Shown one piece after another: positions 1-10,599 of a stretch of DNA of 64,000 bases. Within the stretch, counting starts at the first letter, position 1. Each line of letters opens with the position of its first letter. Source of the DNA: Arcobacteraceae bacterium (lineage in GTDB: Bacteria > Campylobacterota > Campylobacteria > Campylobacterales > Arcobacteraceae). The DNA is taken from NCBI GenBank assembly GCA_965224485.1, contig CBDCZH010000023.1:32001-96000 (forward strand), in the 5' to 3' direction. The translations under genes and the position numbers were made by a program. The notes under the pieces were generated by a model. That model saw only the letters and a program-made list of their open reading frames with translations, was not told the DNA's origin and did not search any database.

Positions 1-183
1 AAAGAAAAGAATGGAGCTCATATGCTAAGGCATACTTTTGCTACAAGATTATATCAAAAGAATCATGATTTAATTTTAGTGCAAGAAGCTCTTGGTCATG
101 CTGATTTAAACACTTCAAGAATTTATACACATTTTGATAAAAATAGATTAAAAATTGCAACTTGTGTTATGGATGATTTATAA
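1..183 (+). CDS. xerH: Tyrosine recombinase C-terminus, XerH-like (5' partial)
   Basis: Frame 1 reads [45 protein letters not shown]...*, with the HxLRH, LGH and catalytic Tyr motifs; not in the ORF track. Confidence 0.8.
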   Translation, partial: KEKNGAHMLRHTFATRLYQKNHDLILVQEALGHADLNTSRIYTHFDKNRLKIATCVMDDL

Positions 184-246
184 AAAGACAAAGGTGCCTA
201 AATAAAGAAAAGAAATAAAAGAGAGTAAAGAAAATAGTTTTATGAA

Positions 247-1323
247 CTATTTTCTTTTATTACTTGAAAAGTCAATTATAGCTTGAGGAATATCTTCTAA
301 AGAAATTATATCTTTAATTGCCCCTGCTTCTATGGCTTTTTTAGGCATTCCAAAAACGACACAAGACTTTTCATCTTGGGCAACTGTATAAGCATTATTA
401 TCATGTAACTCTTTAATACCAATACTTCCATCATCTCCCATACCTGTCATAATAACTGCCATGGCTGATGTTCCTGCACAGTTATTAACAGATCTAAATA
501 AAATATCAACACTTGGTTTATGCTGTGAAACTTTTGAAGCATCAAATACTTTTGTTATATACTCTTTGCTTCCACGTTTTTCAATACTCAAGTGCATATT
601 TCCAGGTGCTAAATAAGCATGTCCTTTTTGCAAAATTTGACCATCACTTGCTTCACAAACATTAACTTCTGAATGATCATTTAATCTTTGTGCAAAAGAG
701 CTTGAAAATCCATATGGAATATGCTGAGTCATTACAATTGGAGGTAAATTAGAAGGAAGTTTTTTGAAAACTCTTAAGAGCGATTCTACCCCTCCTGTTG
801 AAGATCCAATTGCAATAACTTTAGTTCCTAAAAAAGAAGCTGGTGAAGATTTTAAAACATCATCAGGATGTACTCTTTTGGTAACTTCTTGGCTTGCTTT
901 TTTTATTTGTTTTGCAGCTTTTGGTTTTTTCAAGGTATATCTTTTAAGTAAGAAAGTAAGATTTAATAGGGTGTCTTTTATTCTATCTTGAAAAGCACTC
1001 ATTGAATCACTAGAATTTGGTTTTTCTATAAAACCAACTGCGCCATCATCAAAAATATCATTTCCTCTTGCACCCTCACCTGAAATTACAACAGCAGGCA
1101 TAGGATGAAGTCTCATAAGATTTCTTAAAAAAACAGCTCCATCCATTTTTGGCATATTTAAATCAACTGTTACTAAATCTGGCTCATAAAGTTTGATTTT
1201 CTCTCTAGCATCAAAAGCATCAATAGCATCTGCTACAACAGTAAACTCTTCAATAGAGTTAATCATATCCTTTAAAATTCTTCTCATTGAAGGGGAATCA
1301 TCAATTACTAATACTGTATACAT
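247..1323 (-). CDS. cheB: Chemotaxis response regulator protein-glutamate methylesterase CheB
   Basis: N-terminal REC domain; GSSTGG, QHIP and MTGMGDDG methylesterase motifs. Confidence 0.95.
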   Translation of the reverse strand: MYTVLVIDDSPSMRRILKDMINSIEEFTVVADAIDAFDAREKIKLYEPDLVTVDLNMPKMDGAVFLRNLMRLHPMPAVVISGEGARGNDIFDDGAVGFIEKPNSSDSMSAFQDRIKDTLLNLTFLLKRYTLKKPKAAKQIKKASQEVTKRVHPDDVLKSSPASFLGTKVIAIGSSTGGVESLLRVFKKLPSNLPPIVMTQHIPYGFSSSFAQRLNDHSEVNVCEASDGQILQKGHAYLAPGNMHLSIEKRGSKEYITKVFDASKVSQHKPSVDILFRSVNNCAGTSAMAVIMTGMGDDGSIGIKELHDNNAYTVAQDEKSCVVFGMPKKAIEAGAIKDIISLEDIPQAIIDFSSNKRK

Positions 1324-1332
1324 ATTTTTATC

Positions 1333-2010
1333 CTAAAATAATTCAATTTCCATTACTGGTTCATTTTTACTAGCATCATCACCAAATAACTCAACACCAC
1401 CTGAGTATTCTTTAATAACTGGAGCTTTTGTAATTTCTGTTTGTAGAGCTTTTTCATCACTTGCAATTTTCGCATCAGTATCTGATTTCTCAGTTACTTT
1501 TATGAAAGTTTCAAATTCATTAGCTAAGAGGATAAGCCTTCCATGTTCACCTCTTGTATGCTCACTCATAATTCTAAAACCTTCTGTTTTACAAAAATCT
1601 TTTGCAAATTCTACATTCCTATGTCCTATACTAGCACCCATAGAAGTTAATTGCATAATATCAGCGCCTCCTGATATTTTAGCTCTTAAATTACCTTTTA
1701 GGCAACCTAATTTGTACATCTCATTAAGCATAGCTTCAACTGAATATAAACCATATTTCATATCATCATTTGAATTATTACTAGAAGGAAGCAAAAAATG
1801 GTTCATTCCTTTTATTCTAGCAACTGTATCATAAAAAATAATTGCAACACAAGAACCTAAAAGAGTTTTAAATGCAATTTGATCATCATCAGGTCCAACA
1901 GCAAATTCACCACCAATTACGGTATGCACGTTTAATCCTTTGATTTTTTGAGTATATCTAGTAGTAGAGGTTTTTTCTATACTTCCATCTTTATGCCCAA
2001 TTATAATCAA
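1333..2010 (-). CDS. cheD: Chemoreceptor glutamine deamidase CheD
   Basis: TLLGSCVA and GMNHFLLP motifs; lies between cheR and cheB. Confidence 0.92.
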   Translation of the reverse strand: MIIIGHKDGSIEKTSTTRYTQKIKGLNVHTVIGGEFAVGPDDDQIAFKTLLGSCVAIIFYDTVARIKGMNHFLLPSSNNSNDDMKYGLYSVEAMLNEMYKLGCLKGNLRAKISGGADIMQLTSMGASIGHRNVEFAKDFCKTEGFRIMSEHTRGEHGRLILLANEFETFIKVTEKSDTDAKIASDEKALQTEITKAPVIKEYSGGVELFGDDASKNEPVMEIELF

Positions 2011-2849
2011 GAAATTTCCTTAGTTTTTATAAAAATATTCTGCCCTACTCTTTTCGTATAATTAATTAAATCATGAGGAGACTCAGAATGCCCAATATAT
2101 AAAGTACCACCCATTTTAAGATGACGAAATAGCTTTTTTAAAATATCATTTTGATCACTAGCAGAAAAATATATTAATACATTTCTACAAAAAACTACGT
2201 CAAATTGTGAATTTTCAAAAGGATAGTTATTATCATTTAAATTCATTGATTGAAATGTTACCATTTCTTGTACATTTTTCTTAACTTTTATTAAAACTTC
2301 TTCCATTGCTAAAGTTTTATTAATTCGTTTTTTAAAATAATCAGAAGGTTTTATCCAATCAGGGAATTCTTTAGAAGATTTTGAAAATCTATAAACCCCA
2401 TTTGCTCCATATTGTAAAGCATTTGTATCAATATCAGTTGCAATAATACTTGAGGATATCTTTTTTCCTGCTTCTTTAGCAGCTTCTAAAATAGTCATTG
2501 CCATAGAATAAGGTTCTTCACCTGTTGAAGAAGCAGAACAATACATTTTAATTTTTTTGTTTTCTTTGGCAAATTCAGGCAAAACTCTATCTTTTAAATC
2601 AATGAAATGAAAATCTTCTCTAAAAAAATGTGTTTTATTAGTTGTAAAAGAGTTGATAAAGGTAGTCACATGAGTACCTTTTTCAATCTCTTCTAATAAT
2701 TGCTCAATTGAGCCTGCAAACTTAGTATCTCTTTTTAACTTATGAAGTCTATTAGCTATCATAATATCTTTATTATCAGCTAAAGTAATTCCAGTCAACG
2801 AGTATAAAATAGACTTAACTTTTTGATGTAAATGTAAGTTATCATCCAT
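2007..2849 (-). CDS. cheR: Chemotaxis methyltransferase CheR
   Basis: TTNKTHFFRE, SASSTGEEPYS and FCRNVLIYF motifs; start moved to ATG 2849 directly after the cheA stop. Confidence 0.93.
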   Translation of the reverse strand: MDDNLHLHQKVKSILYSLTGITLADNKDIMIANRLHKLKRDTKFAGSIEQLLEEIEKGTHVTTFINSFTTNKTHFFREDFHFIDLKDRVLPEFAKENKKIKMYCSASSTGEEPYSMAMTILEAAKEAGKKISSSIIATDIDTNALQYGANGVYRFSKSSKEFPDWIKPSDYFKKRINKTLAMEEVLIKVKKNVQEMVTFQSMNLNDNNYPFENSQFDVVFCRNVLIYFSASDQNDILKKLFRHLKMGGTLYIGHSESPHDLINYTKRVGQNIFIKTKEIS

Positions 2850-2850
2850 T

Positions 2851-4812
2851 TTACGATGCTTTTTTAACTTCTTGGTTTGTTCGCTCAACTTGTAATTGAG
2901 CATTAATTATTCCTAAAACATCAAGAATTAATCCAATACTACCATCACCTCTTACTGTTGCAGCTCCTATTCCTTGAACTGCTCTGAAGTTTTTATCAAG
3001 CGGTTTCACAACTACTTGATGTTGTGATAAAAATTCATCAATAGATAAGGCAACTTTTGTTGTACCGGATTTTACTACAATTAACATTCCATTTTCTAAA
3101 TTAGTAAATGTTTTTTTAACTCCAAATAATTCATGAAGTCTTACAACTGGAATAAATTCTTCTCTTAACATTAATAAATCTTGTGTTCCATCACCAATTT
3201 TTTTGATCATTTCTGATGTTGGTTGCAGTGATTCTACAATTGAACTTAAAGGTAAGATATACTTTTGATCTCCAACTGCAATATCTAAACCATCTAAAAT
3301 TGCAAGTGTTAGAGGTAGCATAATTTTAATAGTAGTTCCAACTCCAATTTGTGTATCTAAATCAATTGCCCCACCTAGTTTATGAATATTTGTCTTTACA
3401 ACATCCATTCCAACTCCACGTCCTGAAATATCAGTAACTTCATCAGCAGTACTAACCCCTGCTCCAAATACTAACATTGCTTTATCTTTATCAGTCATAG
3501 TATCATATTGTTTTTCATCAATAAGACCATTCTCTAGTGCCTTTAAAGCCACTTTTTCAGCATTAATACCATGACCATCATCTTCAATAGTAATAACCAT
3601 TTGACCATTTGCTTGTTCTGCTGAAATAGTAATAGCACCAGTTTCATTCTTTCCAGCCGCTGCTCTTGCTTCTGGTGTTTCTATACCATGGTCAAGTGAA
3701 TTTCTAATAATATGCATTAAAGGATCTGTTAATCCTTCAATCATTGCTTTATCAATTTCAACGCCATCACCAAAATGTTTAAATTCAACTTTTTTATCAA
3801 GTTTCTTAGAGATATCTCTTACAACTTTTGGAAATTTAGAATAAATTGATTCCATTGGTACCATACGAATACTCATAATTGAATCTTGCATATCTCTTAT
3901 GTGTCGCTCAAGTAAGTCTAAACGCTCTAAAACTGAATTTCTTACTTTTACATCTTCAATTGTAGAAGTAAATTGAGTAAGCATTGCATTTGTTATTACT
4001 AAATCCCCAACATTAGTCATTAATAAATCAATTTTATCAAGATTTACTCTAATATTACTAGCTGCTGCTGCTTTTTTTGGTTCTCTTATCTTGCTTGTAT
4101 CTTTACTAGCAGGTGCAGCTTCATTTTTCTTTTGAACTTCTTGATTTAATTTCTCTTGAGAAGATAATACTTCTTCTTGCGTTGAAGTATTAGATTCCAT
4201 TACAGAATCAGGACTAACTGCTTCTACATCATCAAAAAAACCAAAATGATCACTTACTTCATCATTAGAAATAGAAACATTTAATTCATCATTAAAAAAT
4301 CCATATGGATTTTTTGCTAAAAAAGAATCAGAATTATCAAAAGAGTCATTGTTTGGAACAACGGCAACAGCTTCTTCTTTTACTTTTTCAACTTTTTTTT
4401 CAACAGCTTCTTCCATACTAGAGTAAGCTCTAATTTGAACAAGAAGTTCTGTTGTCATTTCTTCAAATGTAGCTCTATCCAGGTCTTCATCAACTTCTAA
4501 ATCAAGTAATTCTTTCATTACATCTAAACCATCAATTAACGTTCCTGCCATTTCTGGTATAAACGCTATTTTATGATTTCTTAATTTATCCATAAGATTT
4601 TCAACATCATGAGTAAATTCTGCAAACAATGCTAGTTCAACAGAAGCCCCACTACCTTTTAATGTATGAACATCTCTAAATAACTGACCCATTTCTTCTT
4701 CAGTCAAAGAACCGTTATTCTCGGCTTCCAATAAAACATTATTAGCTGATTCAAAAAGTTCTTCAGCTTCTTCTAAAAACATTTCTCTATATTTAGATAT
4801 ATCAAATGACAT
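2851..4812 (-). CDS. cheA: Chemotaxis histidine kinase CheA
   Basis: Hpt FRDVHTLKG; HIIRNSLDHG and SGRGVGMDVV kinase motifs; C-terminal CheW-like domain; no fused receiver. Confidence 0.96.
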   Translation of the reverse strand: MSFDISKYREMFLEEAEELFESANNVLLEAENNGSLTEEEMGQLFRDVHTLKGSGASVELALFAEFTHDVENLMDKLRNHKIAFIPEMAGTLIDGLDVMKELLDLEVDEDLDRATFEEMTTELLVQIRAYSSMEEAVEKKVEKVKEEAVAVVPNNDSFDNSDSFLAKNPYGFFNDELNVSISNDEVSDHFGFFDDVEAVSPDSVMESNTSTQEEVLSSQEKLNQEVQKKNEAAPASKDTSKIREPKKAAAASNIRVNLDKIDLLMTNVGDLVITNAMLTQFTSTIEDVKVRNSVLERLDLLERHIRDMQDSIMSIRMVPMESIYSKFPKVVRDISKKLDKKVEFKHFGDGVEIDKAMIEGLTDPLMHIIRNSLDHGIETPEARAAAGKNETGAITISAEQANGQMVITIEDDGHGINAEKVALKALENGLIDEKQYDTMTDKDKAMLVFGAGVSTADEVTDISGRGVGMDVVKTNIHKLGGAIDLDTQIGVGTTIKIMLPLTLAILDGLDIAVGDQKYILPLSSIVESLQPTSEMIKKIGDGTQDLLMLREEFIPVVRLHELFGVKKTFTNLENGMLIVVKSGTTKVALSIDEFLSQHQVVVKPLDKNFRAVQGIGAATVRGDGSIGLILDVLGIINAQLQVERTNQEVKKAS

Positions 4813-4822
4813 CTTAGCCCCT

Positions 4823-5191
4823 TTATCTACTTAATACAATATTAACAGCTTTTAATAGCTGATCAGGAACGAATGGTTTAACAATCCAACCAGTAGCTCC
4901 TGCTTCTTTTCCTCGCGCCTTCATCTCATCACTTCTTTCAGTTGTTAAAACTAAAATCGGTTTTTTCGTATACATTGGTAATTTCCGAAGCTCTTTAATA
5001 AGTGTTAAACCATCCATATTTGGCATGTTTACATCACTTATAATTAAATCAAAATTGTTTTCTTGAGCTTTTTTTAAACCATCAACTCCATCAACTGCTT
5101 CAACAACATCCGTATAACCACCCTCATTCAAAGCATAATTCAACATATCTCTTAACATGGTTGAATCATCTACTATTAGAAGCTTAGCCAT
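4823..5191 (-). CDS. cheY: Chemotaxis response regulator CheY
   Basis: Single REC domain (VDD, SDVNMP, KPF) upstream of cheA. Confidence 0.92.
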   Translation of the reverse strand: MAKLLIVDDSTMLRDMLNYALNEGGYTDVVEAVDGVDGLKKAQENNFDLIISDVNMPNMDGLTLIKELRKLPMYTKKPILVLTTERSDEMKARGKEAGATGWIVKPFVPDQLLKAVNIVLSR

Positions 5192-5268
5192 AAACTCTCC
5201 TTATAATCTAATTAAATAATAATCTTTAACATATAATAACAAAAAAAACTTAAACACTGTATAAATTT

Positions 5269-7446
5269 TTAAATATTAGTAGAACCTAATTCTATTCTAT
5301 CTGATTTAACTTTTAATACTTTAATTTCAATTTCATCTCCAACACTAAGTACATCACTTACTTTATTAACTCTTTGCTTTGAAATCTTAGAAATATGTAA
5401 TAAACCTTCACCACCTTTTGGTAACACCATGAATGCACCAAAATCAACAATTCTTTCAACTTTTGCCATTAATACTTCATCAAGTTTATACAAGTCTTCA
5501 AAATTAACAGATTTTTTCTCTCTTCTAGCTGGAGCGTTATTTGAAATAGATTTAATATGTTCACAAGCATCAAGTACACTTTGTTTGCACTCTCCACTTA
5601 CTTTTACATTTCCACTATCTCTATCTAAATCAATTGAAACAGAGAATTTTTCAATAATTTCTTTAATAGTTGAACCTGCTTTTCCAATAACTACCATAAT
5701 TTTACTAGGATCAATTGCAAATTGCTCAATTAATGGTAAAGCTTGACTTGGAACTATAGTTAATGCAGCTTCTTCCATAAGAGCTAAAATATGATTTTTA
5801 CCTTCTTGTGCCTGATTTAGAGCCTCTTTAAGAACATCCAACTCAATACCACCTAGTTTAATATCCATTTGTAAAGCAGTAATTCCATCTTTTGTTCCAG
5901 CAACTTTAAAGTCCATATCTCCATCATGATCTTCTAAACCCATAATATCAGTTAAGATTGAATACTTATCACCCTCAACAACCATTCCCATAGCAACACC
6001 AGCAACTAGTTTTGAAATAGGTACTCCAGCTGCTTTAAGAGCAAGTGAGCTCCCACAAACAGTTGCCATAGACGAAGAACCATTTGATTCTAAAATTTCT
6101 GAAACTAATCTAATCGTATCTGTGAAATCTTTGTCAATTGTCGACTCTAATGCTTTTTTTGCTAAGTTTCCATGTCCTAATTCTCTTCTACTTACATTAA
6201 AAATAGGTTTAGCTTCTCCAACTGAGAAACCAGGGAAATTATAATGAACTAAAAAATTATCCATAGAAGTTGTTTTTTTAGTTAAAATTTCATACATTTG
6301 ACCGTCTTTTGGACCAGCTAATGTTCCTACAACTAAAGCTTGTGTTTCTCCTCTTGTAAACAAACAAGAACTATGAGCAGAAGGTAAAATATTAATATCT
6401 ATTTCAATAGGTCTAACTGTAGTTAAAGATCTTCCATCTGCTCTTATTTTATCATGAACTATCATAGCTCTTACTAATTCTCTTTTTACAATGCTAACAG
6501 CTTGATAAATACTTGCATAATCTAATTCTTTTGAAACACAATATTCATTTAAAGATATATCTTTCGCAACATCTTTAAGTTTTGTTGATCTCTCACTTTT
6601 TGCAAGTTTTTTAATTGCTTCATTAATTTCTTTTGAAAAGTTATCTCTTACATATGAAATCACTTCTTCTTTTATTGCAAATTCAACTAATTCAACTTCT
6701 GCTTTAGTTTTGCAAACTTCTTCAAAGCCACTTTCATACGTTGCATTTGATTCTCTTAAGGCATCTTGAGCAATAGATATTGCCTGTACAAGTTCATCTT
6801 CATTCATTTCATTTGTTTTATGAACCTTTGAAAATGCCTCAATATCAACTTCAACCATATCTTCAGAAGAAATTGCTTTCATCTCAATCATTAATAACTC
6901 TTCTTTACTTCCAGCAACATATAAATCTAAAGTAGATTCACTCATTAAAGAAAATTTAGGATTAACTACAAATTCATTATTAATCTTAGCAACTCTAACT
7001 CCAGCAACAGATTTTTTAACAGGAATATCAGAAGTATATAAAGCTGCACTTGCTGCATTTAAAGCTAAAGCTTGAATATCTACATCTTTATCAGCACTTA
7101 AAACTATTACAGTTATAGTTGTTGGATAAACATAACCTTTAGGGAAAAGTGGTCTTAAACTTCTATCAATTACTCTTGATGTTAAAGTTTCAAATTCAGA
7201 AGGTTTAGCTTCTCTTTTAAAAAATCCTCCTGGAACTTTTGCTGCGGCATAAGTTTTTTCCAAGTATTGCACTGTTAAAGGTGTAAAATCTTCACTAACT
7301 GGGTTATCAAACTCACTTACTACTGCGGCCATTACTACCGCTTTTCCTTGTTTCGCTAATACAGAACCATTAGCTTGTTTAGCTACTTTCTTAAATTCAA
7401 AAATCTCTTGTTTTCCATGTATTTCAAACTCACAAACTGTTGACAT
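5269..7446 (-). CDS. pnp: Polyribonucleotide nucleotidyltransferase (PNPase)
   Basis: Two RNase PH domains (FTRGETQ, SNGSSSMA, GDMDFKVAGT) plus KH and S1 domains. Confidence 0.97.
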   Translation of the reverse strand: MSTVCEFEIHGKQEIFEFKKVAKQANGSVLAKQGKAVVMAAVVSEFDNPVSEDFTPLTVQYLEKTYAAAKVPGGFFKREAKPSEFETLTSRVIDRSLRPLFPKGYVYPTTITVIVLSADKDVDIQALALNAASAALYTSDIPVKKSVAGVRVAKINNEFVVNPKFSLMSESTLDLYVAGSKEELLMIEMKAISSEDMVEVDIEAFSKVHKTNEMNEDELVQAISIAQDALRESNATYESGFEEVCKTKAEVELVEFAIKEEVISYVRDNFSKEINEAIKKLAKSERSTKLKDVAKDISLNEYCVSKELDYASIYQAVSIVKRELVRAMIVHDKIRADGRSLTTVRPIEIDINILPSAHSSCLFTRGETQALVVGTLAGPKDGQMYEILTKKTTSMDNFLVHYNFPGFSVGEAKPIFNVSRRELGHGNLAKKALESTIDKDFTDTIRLVSEILESNGSSSMATVCGSSLALKAAGVPISKLVAGVAMGMVVEGDKYSILTDIMGLEDHDGDMDFKVAGTKDGITALQMDIKLGGIELDVLKEALNQAQEGKNHILALMEEAALTIVPSQALPLIEQFAIDPSKIMVVIGKAGSTIKEIIEKFSVSIDLDRDSGNVKVSGECKQSVLDACEHIKSISNNAPARREKKSVNFEDLYKLDEVLMAKVERIVDFGAFMVLPKGGEGLLHISKISKQRVNKVSDVLSVGDEIEIKVLKVKSDRIELGSTNI

Positions 7447-7451
7447 AATTA

Positions 7452-8102
7452 TTATCCTCTTTCTTTTATTTGTTTAATATCTTCAAATGTTAAATCTTCT
7501 AAAAACTCATAATATGCATCAATTGATGTAAAATGAGCTATTTTTTTAACATAATATAAATCATCTGCAATTGACTCTATTGTTGGTACTGATGCATTTG
7601 GTATAATTGGAGTTGCAACAGATACCGATTTTGCACCTAAATTAATTGCTGTTTTAATACAAGCCATCATTGTTAAACCTGTATTTAAACCCTCATCTAC
7701 TAATAAAACATTACTATTACTTAAATCTTGAATCTTTTGACCATCTCTGAATTTATTAACATATTCATACATTAAGTCCTCAAAAGCTACTTTAGATTTT
7801 GAAAAAACATAATCTAAGGATATGTCAAAAGATTTAACTAACTCTTCATGTATTACAACTTCTTCACTTTCCGTAATTATTGCTATTTCACACTCAGCAT
7901 TATTAGGTGCAAAAATTTTATAAGAAAACATAATTTTAAACTTAGAATTCAAAGTATTTGATATTATTTTAGCAATAGGATAAGCTCCAAATGAAGTAGA
8001 TACAACAACCCAATCTTCTAATTTCATACTTTGTATTGGTAAAATATCAATTAGCTTCTCTGCTGCATCTACTCTATTTTTAAAATAAATTGAATTCTTC
8101 AT
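7452..8102 (-). CDS. Phosphoribosyltransferase-family protein
   Basis: FKNRVDAA start and PRPP-loop-like VLLVDEGLNTGLTM. Confidence 0.8.
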   Translation of the reverse strand: MKNSIYFKNRVDAAEKLIDILPIQSMKLEDWVVVSTSFGAYPIAKIISNTLNSKFKIMFSYKIFAPNNAECEIAIITESEEVVIHEELVKSFDISLDYVFSKSKVAFEDLMYEYVNKFRDGQKIQDLSNSNVLLVDEGLNTGLTMMACIKTAINLGAKSVSVATPIIPNASVPTIESIADDLYYVKKIAHFTSIDAYYEFLEDLTFEDIKQIKERG

Positions 8103-10163
8103 CTAAAACTCAAACGTTATAAACGGTTTTAGTGTTAATCTAAAATATATAACATTTTGTTTAATAACATCTATATTAGTACTAGATGTTGGAGTAATCT
8201 CTTTCTCAACAGAAATATTTAAAGCCCAGCACTTATCATCTATGTTTAAAGCAAGTCCTTGTTTACTTCTTATATCTTTTTCTAAGTTGTAATTCTCATA
8301 ATATGATAAAGAATAGTCATTATAAAAATCAAAACCTGTTTTTACTCCATAAGACTCTAAATTCTCTCTTGAAGAATTAAGAGTATCTTTTGACATATAA
8401 TAATCAAGATTTATAAAATAATTTAAATATCTTAGCGAAAAAGATGATGATGACTCAACTAATTGTTTATCAATATTATTATAAATTAATTTATTTTGAA
8501 TACTTCCTAATAAATAATTAATAGTTAGTTCATTTTCTAATTCACCTAATTTAGCATTATAATTATCTTCATATATTACAGACTGTCTGATTTTGTGATT
8601 AATAATTTGTTTTAAACTCTCTTTTTCATATAAAGAATGATTTAGAGAAAATGTTAAAGATTTAATACTTTTATTTAAAGAAAAAGGTTCTAACTCAGCT
8701 TTACGTGTATTTATATTATATAAAGCTCCTTTTTCTTTTACACTATTTGGAATTAAAAGCTCTACCTTTGCATTAAGTGTATGTAAATAATTATCATAAG
8801 ATTTAATTAAATCACTTGATAGTGAAACGATATGATTAAGTTCTACAAAAGTACCATTATCATACTGTGATGTTTTATTAAAATAGTTAAATTTGATTGC
8901 GCTTAACTCTTCTTTTAATGTAAGATTTAAATAATCATCAAAAAATGAAAAATTATATGATAAAGGTATTTTTAATTCATACTTATCAGAGGTAACTCCA
9001 TCAATTCTTGTATAATTTGTATATTTAAAATCACTTGAATATAATAATTTATCTAAAAATATACTCTTAGAATAACTATGTGCTTGAAGTTGTGGAAGTT
9101 CTTGCAAGGTTTTATCATTACTAAAATTCTTTGTATCTAAAAAGAATTTCAAATATGAACCAAAATAATATTTTGGAGTATCATAATAATAATTTACAAA
9201 AGATTTTAACTTTTCCTCATCATTTCCATCTCCTAATAAAGAAGCATAATCTACATCATTTAACCAATTAATAGATAATAATAATTCATCATTATATTCA
9301 CCTTTTGAAAATAAATTTGATCTTTCATAATCAATGTTATAACCAAAATGTTTTTTATTCTCTAAAGCATTTTCTTTAAAATACTCACCTTTTTCAACAA
9401 AAATTCCATTTGAAATTTTTAGTGAAGAATATTGTGAGTCTTTTATTCTAAATTGGGTATGTAAAGCATAACCTCTTTTTGTTCTTACACTTGGAGTTAT
9501 TTCAAAATCATAAGAAGCACTAGGAGCAAAATAAACTGGTTGCTCATAAATTAGACCTTCCTTACTTGAATACCCAATAGTAGGTCTTAATAGTCCAGTT
9601 CGTCTTGTATTATCAGTTGGAAAACCGAAATAAGGAGTATAAAAAACAGGTACATCTTTTATATAAATAGTTGTATTATAAATATCAATCCATTGTTTCT
9701 TCGTATCAAACTTTGCTTCTTTAAATCTAAAAGTCCAATCTGGATCAATACAATCACAACTAGACAAAACAGAAGAGTTAAAGAATATATTATTCTCTTT
9801 TTTACTTGAATTTTTTGAGCTTAACCAAATTTTAGAATCATTATTTAAAAGTAAAATAGGACTTTGTATTAACTCATCTTTATTTAAATCTAAAAAAGAG
9901 TAATCACTTTGAGTAAAAAGTTTATTATCTTTTAATATAATTACATTATCAAAGAGTTCAAAAGTATTATTACTTTTATCATAAATAACCCTATTAGCTG
10001 CTATATAATAATCTTTTGAAAAAATTACTACATCCCCGCTAGCTTCAGTTATATTTTGTTTAGTTTTTACATTATTTGCTAAAATTTCAAATAAATCGGT
10101 TTTTTCTTCTGCTTGTAAGCATAAAGAAGAAAGAATAAGTACAGGTAATATTTTTTTATACAT
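8103..10163 (-). CDS. lptD: LPS-assembly outer membrane protein LptD
   Basis: Signal peptide; SSCDC, VPVFYTPY, RRTGLLRP and DKCW motifs; C-terminal Phe; ATG 10163 overlaps the RDD gene stop. Confidence 0.88.
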   Translation of the reverse strand: MYKKILPVLILSSLCLQAEEKTDLFEILANNVKTKQNITEASGDVVIFSKDYYIAANRVIYDKSNNTFELFDNVIILKDNKLFTQSDYSFLDLNKDELIQSPILLLNNDSKIWLSSKNSSKKENNIFFNSSVLSSCDCIDPDWTFRFKEAKFDTKKQWIDIYNTTIYIKDVPVFYTPYFGFPTDNTRRTGLLRPTIGYSSKEGLIYEQPVYFAPSASYDFEITPSVRTKRGYALHTQFRIKDSQYSSLKISNGIFVEKGEYFKENALENKKHFGYNIDYERSNLFSKGEYNDELLLSINWLNDVDYASLLGDGNDEEKLKSFVNYYYDTPKYYFGSYLKFFLDTKNFSNDKTLQELPQLQAHSYSKSIFLDKLLYSSDFKYTNYTRIDGVTSDKYELKIPLSYNFSFFDDYLNLTLKEELSAIKFNYFNKTSQYDNGTFVELNHIVSLSSDLIKSYDNYLHTLNAKVELLIPNSVKEKGALYNINTRKAELEPFSLNKSIKSLTFSLNHSLYEKESLKQIINHKIRQSVIYEDNYNAKLGELENELTINYLLGSIQNKLIYNNIDKQLVESSSSFSLRYLNYFINLDYYMSKDTLNSSRENLESYGVKTGFDFYNDYSLSYYENYNLEKDIRSKQGLALNIDDKCWALNISVEKEITPTSSTNIDVIKQNVIYFRLTLKPFITFEF

Positions 10164-10599
10164 TAACAACTAAAGTCCTAGATATTTTATCATGAAAGGT
10201 TTGTTTTCCACCATTTAATAATGCAAACAAAAAACCTAAGTAAAAAAACATTTCACTTAAAATTCTTCCAACTGAACGTAGAGCGGCAGAACTTAATGCA
10301 ACTCTTTCATAAGTATTATAGTCAATTACTTTAATCTTTACTATAATCTTACCAACAGTAGCTCCATAATACCAAATAAATAAAGTTTGATAAATAAACT
10401 TTAAAAATAAAATAGGCAGTACAAAACCATTTACTACATCAACCATAGCTTCCATATCAGAAGCACTATTAGCAATAGAATCCCAAAAAATAGCAAAAAT
10501 AATAACTGATACTAAAATATCATCAATTAAAAAAGCAAAAAATCTTTTATAAATTGGGGCTAAACTCAAATCTTGGGCTGTATTATTTAAATTATTCAT
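10156..10599 (-). CDS. RDD family membrane protein
   Basis: APIYKRFFAFLIDD, GATVGK and QTFHDKIS motifs. Confidence 0.9.
   Translation of the reverse strand: MNNLNNTAQDLSLAPIYKRFFAFLIDDILVSVIIFAIFWDSIANSASDMEAMVDVVNGFVLPILFLKFIYQTLFIWYYGATVGKIIVKIKVIDYNTYERVALSSAALRSVGRILSEMFFYLGFLFALLNGGKQTFHDKISRTLVVNV

Noticed and set aside
1..246. Tyrosine recombinase as a prophage or island integrase
   Set aside because: Sequence resembles chromosomal XerH and is followed by housekeeping chemotaxis genes; no att or dif site recognised in the window
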